The notes: a model not told the origin generated them from the sequence alone. Numbered from the stretch's first letter, positions 20,417 to 30,200 are shown. The stretch: 64,000 bases of DNA from Candidatus Bathyarchaeota archaeon (GCA_963828195.1 CAWHDT010000008.1:96001-160000), one strand, 5' to 3'. Translations and numbers: made by a program.

Positions 20417-21490
20417 CTACCCGTAAGCTTTGCCTTCAGCCATGGAAAGCAACGAATTGAAAACTGCTACGGCAATTGTGCTGCCGCCCTTGCGCCCTCT
20501 GGTAATAATGAATGGTACGGGGAGTTTTGCGACTACTTCTTTTGATTCTGCAGCGCCCACGTAGCCCACGGGAACAGCCACAATTAACGCGGGTTTAACA
20601 GCGCCCTTCTTAATCTGTTCAGCTAGCTCAAACGCCGCCGTCGGAGCGTTCCCAATAAGCACAACTGCGCCGTCTAAGCCGTCTTTTATGGCTAAACGCA
20701 TAGCAGCCGCAGACCGAGTTAAAGATTCGGTGTTCGCCAGTTTAACCACTCGTTCATCGTTCATGTATGTGGAGATTTTGCCGCCGAACTTTTTAAGTCG
20801 CGCCTCATTGATGCCTGCCTTCACCATCTTCACGTCGGTAACTATTTTTGCACCCGCTTTAATGGCGGCTACACCTGCATCCACTGCCTCTGGGCTTATG
20901 ACTAAGAGTTTAGCGAATTCAGGGTCAGCGGTGGTATGGACTACCCGCTCGATTATTGGAACTTGATTTTTAGGCACCTTGGTCAATGTGTCGCCGATGG
21001 CTTCGCGGATAAGCATCATGCTTTTGTCAACAATTTTGCTTGAAGCGGCGATAGAGTATGCATCGACTATCTCGCTGTCCCGCTTGATTTCTTGTCCCAG
21101 CGCTTTGAGGGCTTTTTCCTCAAGGATCTCAGCAATGCGTTCATCGCTGCCTAAAGGCTCACCGTAAAAAAGTATTATGCCCCGTCCTTTAAGTTGGGAT
21201 TCCTTCTCCTTTACGCCTATTGATTCGGGAATATCTTGTGTTGTGTGCACGCCAGGAGCGAGAAAAGCGGGAACCAAAACAATTTTTGACACCCCCCTGT
21301 TTGCCAGCGCATCTATTGCCTCTGGGATTGTCGGTGTATCCCTGACCATAAATGCGATTTCAACAATCTCGAACTTGGACCGTTTGCGTAAGGTTTCTGC
21401 TAGTTTTTCGAGGTTTTCCCGGTTATGGGGCAGTTTGCTTCCGTGCCCAATTAGAATTAAACCAACTTTATTCAACGCTGCCTTTGGCAA
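20417..21490 (-). CDS. cbiX-cbiC: Fusion of small CbiX cobaltochelatase and CbiC precorrin-8 methylmutase
   Basis: N-terminus has GHGSK...PTIPEAI...PAFLAPGVHTTQDIP...EPLG. C-terminus has RVVHTTAD, TDVKMV, TRSAAA, IGNAPTA, PVGYVGAAESK, GRKGGS. Confidence 0.92.
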   Translation of the reverse strand: MPKAALNKVGLILIGHGSKLPHNRENLEKLAETLRKRSKFEIVEIAFMVRDTPTIPEAIDALANRGVSKIVLVPAFLAPGVHTTQDIPESIGVKEKESQLKGRGIILFYGEPLGSDERIAEILEEKALKALGQEIKRDSEIVDAYSIAASSKIVDKSMMLIREAIGDTLTKVPKNQVPIIERVVHTTADPEFAKLLVISPEAVDAGVAAIKAGAKIVTDVKMVKAGINEARLKKFGGKISTYMNDERVVKLANTESLTRSAAAMRLAIKDGLDGAVVLIGNAPTAAFELAEQIKKGAVKPALIVAVPVGYVGAAESKEVVAKLPVPFIITRGRKGGSTIAVAVFNSLLSMAEGKAYG

Positions 21491-21491
21491 A

Positions 21492-22793
21492 TCAGTTTTT
21501 CCCCGTTTTTTCAAATAATTTAACAGCCAGGTCAATCAGTTGTTCGTCGCCGTTTTTGGCGGCTAACCGCAAGTTTTCAACAATCGGCACAAAAGTCTGT
21601 TTTAGCAAAATTGAAGTTAAATTGTCAAGAATTTCCCGTTCTTTCTCATCCACGTCGCCTATCATTCCTAAAGCCGTCGCAAGTTCTTTTTGCCGAACTT
21701 GCTCAGCGTTAGAAAGCAGCGACGAAATGATAAGGCGGACGGAGAAGCTTTTCATGTCTTGGTTTAGGATAACAAGTTCCTCGTCTAAGATTTTGACTGC
21801 TTTCTCGATGCTTTTTTCTCGCTCTTGCTTGTTTTTGTCGGCGATTAACTGTAAATCGTCAATATTGTAGAGTTTAGCTTTCGGAACTTCCTGAACGGTT
21901 TTTTCTACGTTGCGCGGATTTGAAATGTCAATGATTAAAAGGTCATCTTTGTTTGTGCGTTGCTTCATTAATCTTTGAAGCATGTCTTTAGTCAAAAGGT
22001 AATGTGGAGCAGCCGTTGAGCAGATTACTACGTCCGCGTCAACGAGCACTTCTTCAAACCGATTAAACATCACCGCTTGCCCCGAGAGGTCGGCAGCTAA
22101 TTTTACCGCTCGCTCATGAGTTCTGTTAGCGATAAAGATTGGGCTTAGGCATCTTCGAGCTAAAGCTTTGGCAACAAGCGTGCCTATTTCTCCAGCGCCC
22201 ATAACCAAAATTTTCTTGTCTTCCAAGTTGCCCAGCAAGTTAACGGCTAATTCAACTGCTGCTGAACCAATCGACACCGCGCCTTTGTTGATGCCTGTTT
22301 CGTTTCTTACCCGTCTGCCAACGGTCATTGCACGATTAAACAGGTGCTTTATGATCGGACCGACCGTTTTGGCGTTTTCTGCTTCTAAATAGGCGTTCCA
22401 GACTTGATTAAGAACCTGGTCTTCGCCGATAACCATCGATTCTAAGCCTGAGGTAACCCGCAAAAGGTGACTGAAAGCATCGTTGTTCACTGAAGTTTCC
22501 ATGGCTTTAGCAGCCTCAACAGCGTAAGCCCCAGCTTGCTTCAACCAGTAATCCTTAACTAAATTAACTGCGTTTTCGGCATCTTCAGTTACAACAAAAA
22601 TTTCGATTCGGTTGCAGGTCTGAAGAAGCAGGCATTCTTCAACATTTTCAAGCAAACTGATTTCGGCAAGCGCTTTTTCCTTTTCTTTAAACGCTACAGC
22701 CTCCATTAAAGGCACCCGGGCTGTTTTATGCGTTATTCTAACGTTGATGACATGGTCTATCTTCGCCGAGGAATGCATGGTTGGATAAACCAT
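21492..22793 (-). CDS. hemA: Glutamyl-tRNA reductase
   Basis: LQTCNRIE, GLESMVIGEDQVLNQV, GAGEIG, ANRT, DISNPRNV. Confidence 0.96.
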   Translation of the reverse strand: MVYPTMHSSAKIDHVINVRITHKTARVPLMEAVAFKEKEKALAEISLLENVEECLLLQTCNRIEIFVVTEDAENAVNLVKDYWLKQAGAYAVEAAKAMETSVNNDAFSHLLRVTSGLESMVIGEDQVLNQVWNAYLEAENAKTVGPIIKHLFNRAMTVGRRVRNETGINKGAVSIGSAAVELAVNLLGNLEDKKILVMGAGEIGTLVAKALARRCLSPIFIANRTHERAVKLAADLSGQAVMFNRFEEVLVDADVVICSTAAPHYLLTKDMLQRLMKQRTNKDDLLIIDISNPRNVEKTVQEVPKAKLYNIDDLQLIADKNKQEREKSIEKAVKILDEELVILNQDMKSFSVRLIISSLLSNAEQVRQKELATALGMIGDVDEKEREILDNLTSILLKQTFVPIVENLRLAAKNGDEQLIDLAVKLFEKTGKN

Positions 22794-22795
22794 GC
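22775..22795. promoter_or_regulatory. Perfect 8-bp inverted repeat at the divergent hemA / cobB-like promoter
   Basis: GCATGGTT-ggata-AACCATGC, immediately followed by the AT-rich TTAAATATAAG (TATA-like). Confidence 0.4.
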
Positions 22796-22841
22796 GGCTT
22801 AAATATAAGCTTTACCTAAATACGCGTTGGGGCACTTTGGG

Positions 22842-24410
22842 ATGATTTTACAACACAGAATTGGTTTGGTTTATCTTCCAGGAGCGCTTCCCTGCTTCGA
22901 AGACTTCGGGAATTTGCCAACCGACCTAGTTTGCTCTGATGCACTTGTAGATGGCAAGCCAGCATCTGAAGTTTTAGACATGATAATTATCCCAGGTGGA
23001 AGCCTCGTTGAATCACAAAGCGTCAACAAAAAGGTCGCACAAGAAATAATTAAAATGGCTGAAAACGGCAAATTCGTGCTTGGAATCTGCTCGGGTTTCC
23101 AAATCCTCGCAAAAGAAACCGATGTAGGACGCCTATCAAAAGTCCCGATAACCAGAGAAGGCCTAGGACTCTTAGATGCAGAGTTCGGACCGTTAATCTG
23201 CACAGACCGCGTAAGCGCCACTATAACTGGTAAAAGTTTCATCACAGGTGAGGTTGGCAAAGAAGTTTCAGGCTTCCACTGCCACACCTACGGCAAAATC
23301 CTGCTTCACAAAGGCTCAAGAACCATCCTTGTTTCCCATGCAAAACGCGTCAACTATCATAGCGACCCCCAAGATCTGGTTTCAGGGGTAGCCAATAAAG
23401 AAGGTAACGTAGTCGGCATTTTCATCCATGGATTACTGGATCAAAATCCAGCAATCATTGAAAGTATCACAAATTCGCTGGGCATCAACGCAATTGAACT
23501 TGAAGAGATAAGAAAAGTGAACGCTAAGCTTGTGGAACAAATTAAATGCGAAGTTGGAATCTCAACCAATATCCATCAGCAAGGCGCAGTCACTCAAAAA
23601 ACGCCCCGTTTACTGCTGGTCACGGCAACGGGAAGCGGTTCAGGAAAAACTTTTCTTGTGACGGGCATTGCCGGCGCATTAAAAAAGAGAGGTTTCAAAG
23701 TTGGAATCATCAAAGTTGGCGGGGACATAAGAGATGTTGTGCCTGCGCTTTATCTCATTAAAGAGCCGATTAAAGGTTACTCGTCGATTAAAATTGGGGA
23801 AAGCGGCTGGAAACCTCTTGCTGAAGCAGTAGGTGAAGCCAGCCAAAATCACGATTTTCTCCTCGTTGAAGGAGCTATGAGCGCTTTTACAGGACTGTTA
23901 AATGATAAAGTTGTGAGGCCTACTTCGACGGCTGAGGTTGCAGCGGCTTTAGGCGCCTCTACTGTTGTGGTGGTTAGCTGCGATAAAGAGGGCATAGAAG
24001 GTGCCATGATTAACACATTAAATTACGTTAAGGTTCTCAGAAGTCTTGGAGTAAAGATAACGGGTGTTATCTTGAACAAAGCGCGTATAAGCTACTTGAC
24101 TGACGAAATGAAACTCACGATGAAAACTGCCTTTGAAAACGTCGGAGTTGAATTGCTGGGTATTGTACCGCGGCTTGATATGGAGGGAAGAGGCATGATA
24201 CCTGAAATAGAGATAAAATATGAGGAGTTCGGAGCCCAAGCCGTCGAAACAACTGAGCAATGCATAAACTTGGAAGCGCTGACCAAAATTGCTCAAGCGC
24301 CCTCACTTAAACAGGTTGATTACGCAGCATTTATGGAAAAATTCAAAAATCTATTAATCAACTATAAGATTAACCCCTGTGAAGGTGACAAAACACAAAA
24401 TTGCTCATAG
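22842..24410 (+). CDS. CobB/CobQ-like amidotransferase with N-terminal GATase and C-terminal ATPase
   Basis: IIIPGGS, GICSGFQIL (catalytic Cys), GFHCH, IHG; then TGSGSGKTF, LLVEGAM, GVILNK. Confidence 0.85.
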   Translation: MILQHRIGLVYLPGALPCFEDFGNLPTDLVCSDALVDGKPASEVLDMIIIPGGSLVESQSVNKKVAQEIIKMAENGKFVLGICSGFQILAKETDVGRLSKVPITREGLGLLDAEFGPLICTDRVSATITGKSFITGEVGKEVSGFHCHTYGKILLHKGSRTILVSHAKRVNYHSDPQDLVSGVANKEGNVVGIFIHGLLDQNPAIIESITNSLGINAIELEEIRKVNAKLVEQIKCEVGISTNIHQQGAVTQKTPRLLLVTATGSGSGKTFLVTGIAGALKKRGFKVGIIKVGGDIRDVVPALYLIKEPIKGYSSIKIGESGWKPLAEAVGEASQNHDFLLVEGAMSAFTGLLNDKVVRPTSTAEVAAALGASTVVVVSCDKEGIEGAMINTLNYVKVLRSLGVKITGVILNKARISYLTDEMKLTMKTAFENVGVELLGIVPRLDMEGRGMIPEIEIKYEEFGAQAVETTEQCINLEALTKIAQAPSLKQVDYAAFMEKFKNLLINYKINPCEGDKTQNCS

Positions 24411-25075
24411 ACCTCAAACTTGAAGGAAAAACCGTTATAGTGGTCGGCGGCGGCTCAGAGGGTTATCGGAAAACCCAAAGTTTCGTTGATTCAGGCGCTA
24501 AAATCTGGGTTATAAGCAAGGATTTTTCAAGCGGCATCCAGCAATTGGCTGATGAAAAAAAGGTTGCTTTAGTTAAAACTGAAATTAAAAACGCACAAAC
24601 CTTCGTCGGCAGCTTGAATCCTAAGCCAGATGTTTTTTTAGCTGTGACAAACGAGCCTAAACTTAACTTTGACCTGGTTAAGGCGGCGAAATCTGTTGGC
24701 TGCATGGTTTATTCAGTGGATAACCCTGCTTTGAGCGATTTCATTTTGCCGGCTGTGGCAAGAGTTGGTGATGTAAAGATTGCGGTTTCCACTTCAGGAA
24801 AAAGTCCCGCCATGGCTAGGGCGCTAAGGGAAAGGATAGAGCAGATGATAACGCCTGAGGATTTACTTGAGATTCAACTACAAGCCCATTTACGCGGCAT
24901 CCTTAAAGAAAAAATATCTGATCCGAAGGTTAGAGGCGAAATGCTATACGAGATACTTAATAATGATAACATTAAACAAGTTTTAAAAGAAGGAAAGCTT
25001 TGTGAGGCTCAAGAAATGGCGTTGAAACTCTTAGAGAAAAAGGGAGGCAAAGTTAGTGAGTTTTCCAACTGTTAG
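24401..25075 (+). CDS. sirC: Precorrin-2 dehydrogenase (SirC / CysG N-terminal)
   Basis: VVGGG, VDNPALSDFILPA, IAVSTSGKSPAMAR. Confidence 0.92.
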   Translation: MLIDLKLEGKTVIVVGGGSEGYRKTQSFVDSGAKIWVISKDFSSGIQQLADEKKVALVKTEIKNAQTFVGSLNPKPDVFLAVTNEPKLNFDLVKAAKSVGCMVYSVDNPALSDFILPAVARVGDVKIAVSTSGKSPAMARALRERIEQMITPEDLLEIQLQAHLRGILKEKISDPKVRGEMLYEILNNDNIKQVLKEGKLCEAQEMALKLLEKKGGKVSEFSNC

Positions 25076-26036
25076 AATGAGAAGACTGCGCAGAACTGCA
25101 GCGATGCGCGACATATTAAACCAGATAAATCTTCAGCCAAGCAACTTGATTTACCCAATCTTCGTTGACGAAGCCATAACAAAACCCGCTGCCATCGAGT
25201 CAATGCCGGGGTACAGCCGATTGCCAATCAGTCTGGTTGCAGAAGAGGGAAAACAGGCGTTGGAGCAAGGCGTCAAAAGTGTGCTTCTTTTTGGCATTCC
25301 AGCGAAAAAAGACGAAGCGGGAACAAGCGCTTTTGCCAAAAATGGGGTTGTTCAAAAGGCAATTGACGAGTTGAAAAAAACTCACGGAGAAGAACTGGTT
25401 GTTATCGGCGATGTCTGTCTATGCGAATACATGAGTCATGGGCACTGTGGCTTAGTTAAAGACGGCGAAGTGCTAAACGATCAAACGCTTGAGGTGCTTG
25501 GTAAAGTTGCTGTTAGCCAAGCTGAAGCAGGCGCGGATGTTGTAGCACCCTCGGCTATGATGGATGGGCAAGTAGGCGCAATCCGAGAAGCTTTAGATGA
25601 TTCAGGTTTTGAGCAGATTCCAATCATGGCATACTCGGCGAAATACGCGTCGGGTTTTTATGGTCCATTCAGGGAAGCAGCTGAATCCACGCCGAAATTT
25701 GGAAACCGCAGAAGCTACCAAATGAGCCAAGGAAGCCAAGAGGAAGCCCTGCGAGAAATCGAGTTAGATCTCAACGAAGGCGCGGACATGATAATGGTTA
25801 AACCGGCACTGGCTTACTTGGACATTATAAATCTGGCAAAAGCCAACTTTAACGTGCCCATAGTTGCGTACAACGTCAGCGGCGAATACTCGATGGTTAA
25901 AGCCGCCGCGCAGAACGGGTGGATAGACGAAAAAACGGTGATCCGTGAAATCTTAACAGGCATTAAACGTGCAGGCGCCGACTTAATCATAACCTACTTT
26001 GCCAAAGACATTAAATCTTGGTTGAATCAAACTTGA
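25056..26036 (+). CDS. hemB: Porphobilinogen synthase
   Basis: RMRRLRR, DVCLCEYMSHGHCG, PSAMMDGQV, YGPFREA, MVKPAL, AYNVSGEY. Confidence 0.97.
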   Translation: MSFPTVRMRRLRRTAAMRDILNQINLQPSNLIYPIFVDEAITKPAAIESMPGYSRLPISLVAEEGKQALEQGVKSVLLFGIPAKKDEAGTSAFAKNGVVQKAIDELKKTHGEELVVIGDVCLCEYMSHGHCGLVKDGEVLNDQTLEVLGKVAVSQAEAGADVVAPSAMMDGQVGAIREALDDSGFEQIPIMAYSAKYASGFYGPFREAAESTPKFGNRRSYQMSQGSQEEALREIELDLNEGADMIMVKPALAYLDIINLAKANFNVPIVAYNVSGEYSMVKAAAQNGWIDEKTVIREILTGIKRAGADLIITYFAKDIKSWLNQT

Positions 26037-27331
26037 ATGAATCCAAATCACAAACGCTTTTTGAGCGAGCCAAAAAAATTCTGCCCGGAGGCGTAAACAG
26101 TCCAGTCCGAGCTTTCGAGCCATACCCCTTCTTTGTGGACAGTGCCCAAGGCTCCAAAATGTTCAGCGCGGACGGGATTACGTACATTGACTATTGCATG
26201 GCATATGGAGCTTTGCTTCTTGGACATGCTTACCCGGACATCGCGGAAGCAGTGAAGAGCCAATTGCCTAAAGGCTCACTTTATGGCGCCCCAACCGAGC
26301 GAGAAGTCGAATTTGCCGAGTTAATCCAGAAGTCGTCGCCCTGCATGGAGATGCTTCGGCTCGTCAACTCAGGCACTGAAGCAACCATGCATGCCATCCG
26401 AGCTGCAAGAGGCTACACAGGAAGAAAAAAAATTATCAAGTTTGAGGGTTGCTTCCACGGTTCTCACGACAGCGTTTTGGTTAAGGCAGGGTCAGGCGCC
26501 ACAACGTTTGCGGCACCGAACTCCCTTGGAGTTCCCGAGGAAACAACCCAAAACACGATTGTTGTTCCCTACAACAATGTTGAAGCGCTTGAAGAAGTAA
26601 TGAAGCGCGAAGGCAGCGAAGTTGCAGCAGTGATTGTTGAGCCAGTTTTGGCAAATGTTGGGCTTATTTTACCCAAAAAAGATTATTTGAGCTACTTAAG
26701 AAAAATAACAAGCAGCTACGGCGCAGTTTTAATTTTCGACGAAATTATAACAGGTTTTCGCTTAGCCTTAGGCGGCGCACAAGAATACTTCAACGTAAAA
26801 CCCGACATGGCGACGCTTGGCAAAGTGCTTGGCGGCGGCTTCCCGCTAGCCGCGTTCGGAGGAAAAAAAGAAATCATGCAAAACATTTCACCAGTCGGCA
26901 AAGTATATCAGGCTGGAACCTTCAGCGGCAACCCAGTTTCAGCAACGGCAGGCTTCACAATCCTAAATATTCTAGGTAAAAAGAAAAAAGAAATTTATTC
27001 AAAGCTTGAGAAAAACACCGCCGACCTAAAGAATGCTCTAACTGATTTAGCCAAAACCCATAACGTGCAAGCACAAGTGTACAATATCGCTTCAATGTAC
27101 CAAATATTCTTCACAAACGAGCCAGTCACTGATTATCTTTGTGCCAAACAATCTGACACAAAACTATTCAACGTTTACTTCCAAGAACTTTTAAAGCAAG
27201 GCGTATTTATCCCGCCGTCCCAGTTTGAAACCTGCTTCTTATCAACAGCCCATGCAGAAGATGATTTGAAACATACAATAAGTGCTTTTGACAAGGCATT
27301 AAACAAAGTGGCAAAGGAGAAAACCCATTAA
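26018..27331 (+). CDS. hemL: Glutamate-1-semialdehyde 2,1-aminomutase
   Basis: PGGVNSPVRAF, NSGTEATM, FDEIITGFR, GKVLGGG, YQAGTFSGNP, PSQFE. Confidence 0.97.
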   Translation: MVESNLNESKSQTLFERAKKILPGGVNSPVRAFEPYPFFVDSAQGSKMFSADGITYIDYCMAYGALLLGHAYPDIAEAVKSQLPKGSLYGAPTEREVEFAELIQKSSPCMEMLRLVNSGTEATMHAIRAARGYTGRKKIIKFEGCFHGSHDSVLVKAGSGATTFAAPNSLGVPEETTQNTIVVPYNNVEALEEVMKREGSEVAAVIVEPVLANVGLILPKKDYLSYLRKITSSYGAVLIFDEIITGFRLALGGAQEYFNVKPDMATLGKVLGGGFPLAAFGGKKEIMQNISPVGKVYQAGTFSGNPVSATAGFTILNILGKKKKEIYSKLEKNTADLKNALTDLAKTHNVQAQVYNIASMYQIFFTNEPVTDYLCAKQSDTKLFNVYFQELLKQGVFIPPSQFETCFLSTAHAEDDLKHTISAFDKALNKVAKEKTH

Positions 27332-28266
27332 TGATTCTAAACGTAGGAACCAGAGGAAGCGTACTCGCGCTTGCACAAACAAATCGAGTTCTAAAACAAA
27401 TCAAGCAAGCACACCCCGACGTCGAGTTTAAAGTTGACATCATCAAAACCGTCGGCGACAAGGAGCAAGGTAAAACCCTGTTCACGATTGACTGTAAAGG
27501 CATTTTTGAAAAAGAAATCGACCAAAAAGTAATCAACGGGGAAGTTGACTTTGCCGTCCACAGCCTAAAAGACGTGCCCATAGTTGACCAGCAAATTGGC
27601 ACGGTCTTAGCCGCAATCCCGAAAAGGGATTCGCAAAACGACGTGTTCATCTCAAAAGGAAAAGTTTTGCTTAACGATTTAGCCAAAGAATCAGTAGTTG
27701 GAACAGGAAGCCTGAGAAGAATGGCGGAAATAAAGTTTATCCGTCCTGAATTAGATGTGCAGCCAATCAGAGGCAACGTAGACACACGAATCAATAAAGT
27801 TAGAAAAGGAGAGTTTGCAGGCATTGTAATAGCTGAAGCAGGGCTTGAAAGAATGAATTTAATGAACGAAGTTACTGAGCGATTGTCGCTTGACTGTTTC
27901 CCATCAGCAGCAGGACAGGGCGCTTTAGCGGTGGTCGCGAAAGAGGGCAACGAAAATGTGATGGCGATTTTACGGTCTGTTGAAGATAAAGCGACAAGAG
28001 CCGAAATTACGGCTGAACGAAGCCTCGTGCTGGAACTGGAAGGCGGCTGCCGAGTGCCAATCGGCGCGGTTGCAAAAGCAAATGGCAACGACCTTTCGCT
28101 TTTCGGCTGCATATACTCACTTAACGAGAGAAAGAAAATCAGCGCATCCGCAAACGGCAAGTTAGCTGAAGCCGATATGCTAGGCGAAAAAGTCGGTGCA
28201 AGCCTCATAAAACAAGGAGCCAAAGACTTCGAGAAAGAATGGAGAAAAAAATATGGCGCCTGGTAA
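27331..28266 (+). CDS. hemC: Hydroxymethylbilane synthase
   Basis: GTRGSVLALAQ, AVHSLKDVP, GTGSLRR, IRGNVDTR, EGGCRVPIG. Confidence 0.97.
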   Translation: MILNVGTRGSVLALAQTNRVLKQIKQAHPDVEFKVDIIKTVGDKEQGKTLFTIDCKGIFEKEIDQKVINGEVDFAVHSLKDVPIVDQQIGTVLAAIPKRDSQNDVFISKGKVLLNDLAKESVVGTGSLRRMAEIKFIRPELDVQPIRGNVDTRINKVRKGEFAGIVIAEAGLERMNLMNEVTERLSLDCFPSAAGQGALAVVAKEGNENVMAILRSVEDKATRAEITAERSLVLELEGGCRVPIGAVAKANGNDLSLFGCIYSLNERKKISASANGKLAEADMLGEKVGASLIKQGAKDFEKEWRKKYGAW

Positions 28267-29008
28267 AGTTTACCTTGTCGGCGCGGGTCCAGGTGACCCC
28301 AAACTGCTCACCGTGAAAGCGGCTGAGCTACTCAAGGACGCTGACATAGTCATCTATGACCGACTGGTGGGCGAGTCAATTATCGATTTAGCTCCAGAAA
28401 AAGCCGAAAAAATTTACGTTGGAAAACGAACGGGTAACCATGAGATTCCACAGGACAAAATTACTGAGCTAATAATTGAGAAAGCCAAGCTCGGCGGCAA
28501 AGTAGTCAGGCTTAAGGGCGGCGACCCATTCATTTTCGGCAGAGGCGGCGAAGAAGCCGAAGCACTCGTTGAAAAAGGCATAGCGTTTGAGGTGGTGCCC
28601 GGTGTTAGCTCTTCTGTTGCTGCGCCAATGTACGCTGGTATCCCTTTAACACATCGTGACTATGCAGCTTCAGTTGCAATAATAACGGGACACAGGGCAG
28701 GCGACGCAGAACGGGTAATAGAATGGGCTAAAATCGCCTCAGCCGTGGACACAATGGTTATTTTGATGGGTGTCGAATCGCTTAAGTCTATTGTAGAAAA
28801 GTTGGTTGAAGGCGGCTTAAAACCAGAAACACCCGTCGCAATCATCGAGTCAGGCACGCTACCTCAGCAGCGAACCATCATCGGCAAAATAGGCACAATT
28901 GCAGAGGAAGCAGAGAAAAAACAGGTCAAGCCGCCGGCAGTTATAGTTATAGGTGAAGTTGCAACCTTAGGCAGGAAACTTGCATGGTTCAAAAAGCCCT
29001 TACCTTGA
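28253..29008 (+). CDS. cobA: Uroporphyrinogen-III C-methyltransferase
   Basis: GAGPGDP, YDRLV, RLKGGDPFIFGRGGEE, AGIPLTHR. Confidence 0.96.
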   Translation: MAPGKVYLVGAGPGDPKLLTVKAAELLKDADIVIYDRLVGESIIDLAPEKAEKIYVGKRTGNHEIPQDKITELIIEKAKLGGKVVRLKGGDPFIFGRGGEEAEALVEKGIAFEVVPGVSSSVAAPMYAGIPLTHRDYAASVAIITGHRAGDAERVIEWAKIASAVDTMVILMGVESLKSIVEKLVEGGLKPETPVAIIESGTLPQQRTIIGKIGTIAEEAEKKQVKPPAVIVIGEVATLGRKLAWFKKPLP

Positions 29009-29853
29009 AAGGAAGAACAGTTGCCATAACCCGCCCGCAAGGTCAGGCGGAAGAAGCGGGCAAACTAATCGAGGAAAAAGGCGGCATCCCCTACTATATA
29101 CCTGCCATAGAAATCAAAGGCTTAACCAACTTTGCCCCGGTCAAAAAATTTGTCAGTGAACTGCAAAAAGCGCAGGTTGACTACACGATTTTCATGAGCA
29201 CCAACGGCGTCAAATACCTCTTCAGTGCAGCCGAAAACCTAAAGCAGTCTAGCGAATTGAAGGCGGGCTTGGCGAAGACTTTTGTTATTGCTGTTGGACC
29301 ACGAACTGCTCAAGCGCTGAAAGAGGAATACCAAGTGCACGTCGAGTTGGTCCCTTTGAAATACAGCTCTGACGGGTTAATCGAGTGCTTACAGACCAAA
29401 AAAATTTCAGGTAAAAAAATCCGTATTCCAAGAACAAGCAATGCGACGCCAACTTTAACTGAAAAGCTCAGGGAAATGGGTGCAGATGTAGAAGAAATCT
29501 ACGTTTATGAGTCAGGCTTACCTGTAGGCAATGAAATGAAAGATAGTTTTTTTAAAGATTTAACTTCTGGAAAAATTGACGCCATTGTCTTCGGCAGCGG
29601 ATTGAGCGCTAAAAACATTTTCAAAATGCTCTCAGAAAAGGCTTCGATGGAAACGCTGAGTGCCCTAATAAACGATAAAGTTACTACTGTTGCGATTGGA
29701 CCTACGACTGCCGAAGCGTTAAAAGAACTGGGAATAAAAGTTGACGTTGTGCCGCAGGACTACTTGTTTGAAGAAGCCTTAACAGCGTTAGCTCGGCACT
29801 GGGGCACTTCAAACCTGAACCAAATGAAAAGTGAAAGACAGCAAGACATTTAA
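28984..29853 (+). CDS. hemD: Uroporphyrinogen-III synthase
   Basis: AITRP, FMSTNGV, AVGPRTA, AIGPTTAEAL; operon context. Confidence 0.92.
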   Translation: MVQKALTLKGRTVAITRPQGQAEEAGKLIEEKGGIPYYIPAIEIKGLTNFAPVKKFVSELQKAQVDYTIFMSTNGVKYLFSAAENLKQSSELKAGLAKTFVIAVGPRTAQALKEEYQVHVELVPLKYSSDGLIECLQTKKISGKKIRIPRTSNATPTLTEKLREMGADVEEIYVYESGLPVGNEMKDSFFKDLTSGKIDAIVFGSGLSAKNIFKMLSEKASMETLSALINDKVTTVAIGPTTAEALKELGIKVDVVPQDYLFEEALTALARHWGTSNLNQMKSERQQDI

Positions 29854-29885
29854 ACAAAGCAAAACAAGAAGTCACTGACGTAACG

Positions 29886-30200
29886 ATGAAAGCTGACCCG
29901 TTCAAAATTACAATTGTTGCTGTTATAATAATTTCAATAGTGTCAGTAGGCATCATCACCATTGTAATGCTAAACAACTTAAACAATATACCTTCAGGGG
30001 ATAACGGAATAGTAGTTTCAAAAAACGTTGTAAATGCAAATGAAAGCGTAATTGTAATCTCAGGCGGAAAAACACTCTATATTTATAATAATGCACCGCT
30101 TTATCTTAGCCTTCAAGAAAACAAAACGTACACTTTTAATTGCCTTTTTAATTACTATACAAAAATCACGCGTATCGAAAGCGCCCAAATATCTAACTAG
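29886..30200 (+). CDS. Membrane-anchored hypothetical protein
   Basis: N-terminal TM followed by a beta-rich domain. Confidence 0.6.
   Translation: MKADPFKITIVAVIIISIVSVGIITIVMLNNLNNIPSGDNGIVVSKNVVNANESVIVISGGKTLYIYNNAPLYLSLQENKTYTFNCLFNYYTKITRIESAQISN

Noticed and set aside
20417-24410. Coenzyme F430 (cfb) pathway
   Set aside because: No CfbC/D (nitrogenase-like) or CfbE genes are here, and the context is corrin methyltransferases.
27207-28223. 338-aa minus-strand ORF, and other long antisense ORFs in the cbi/hem cluster
   Set aside because: These are antisense shadows of well-supported genes such as hemC and cbiD.
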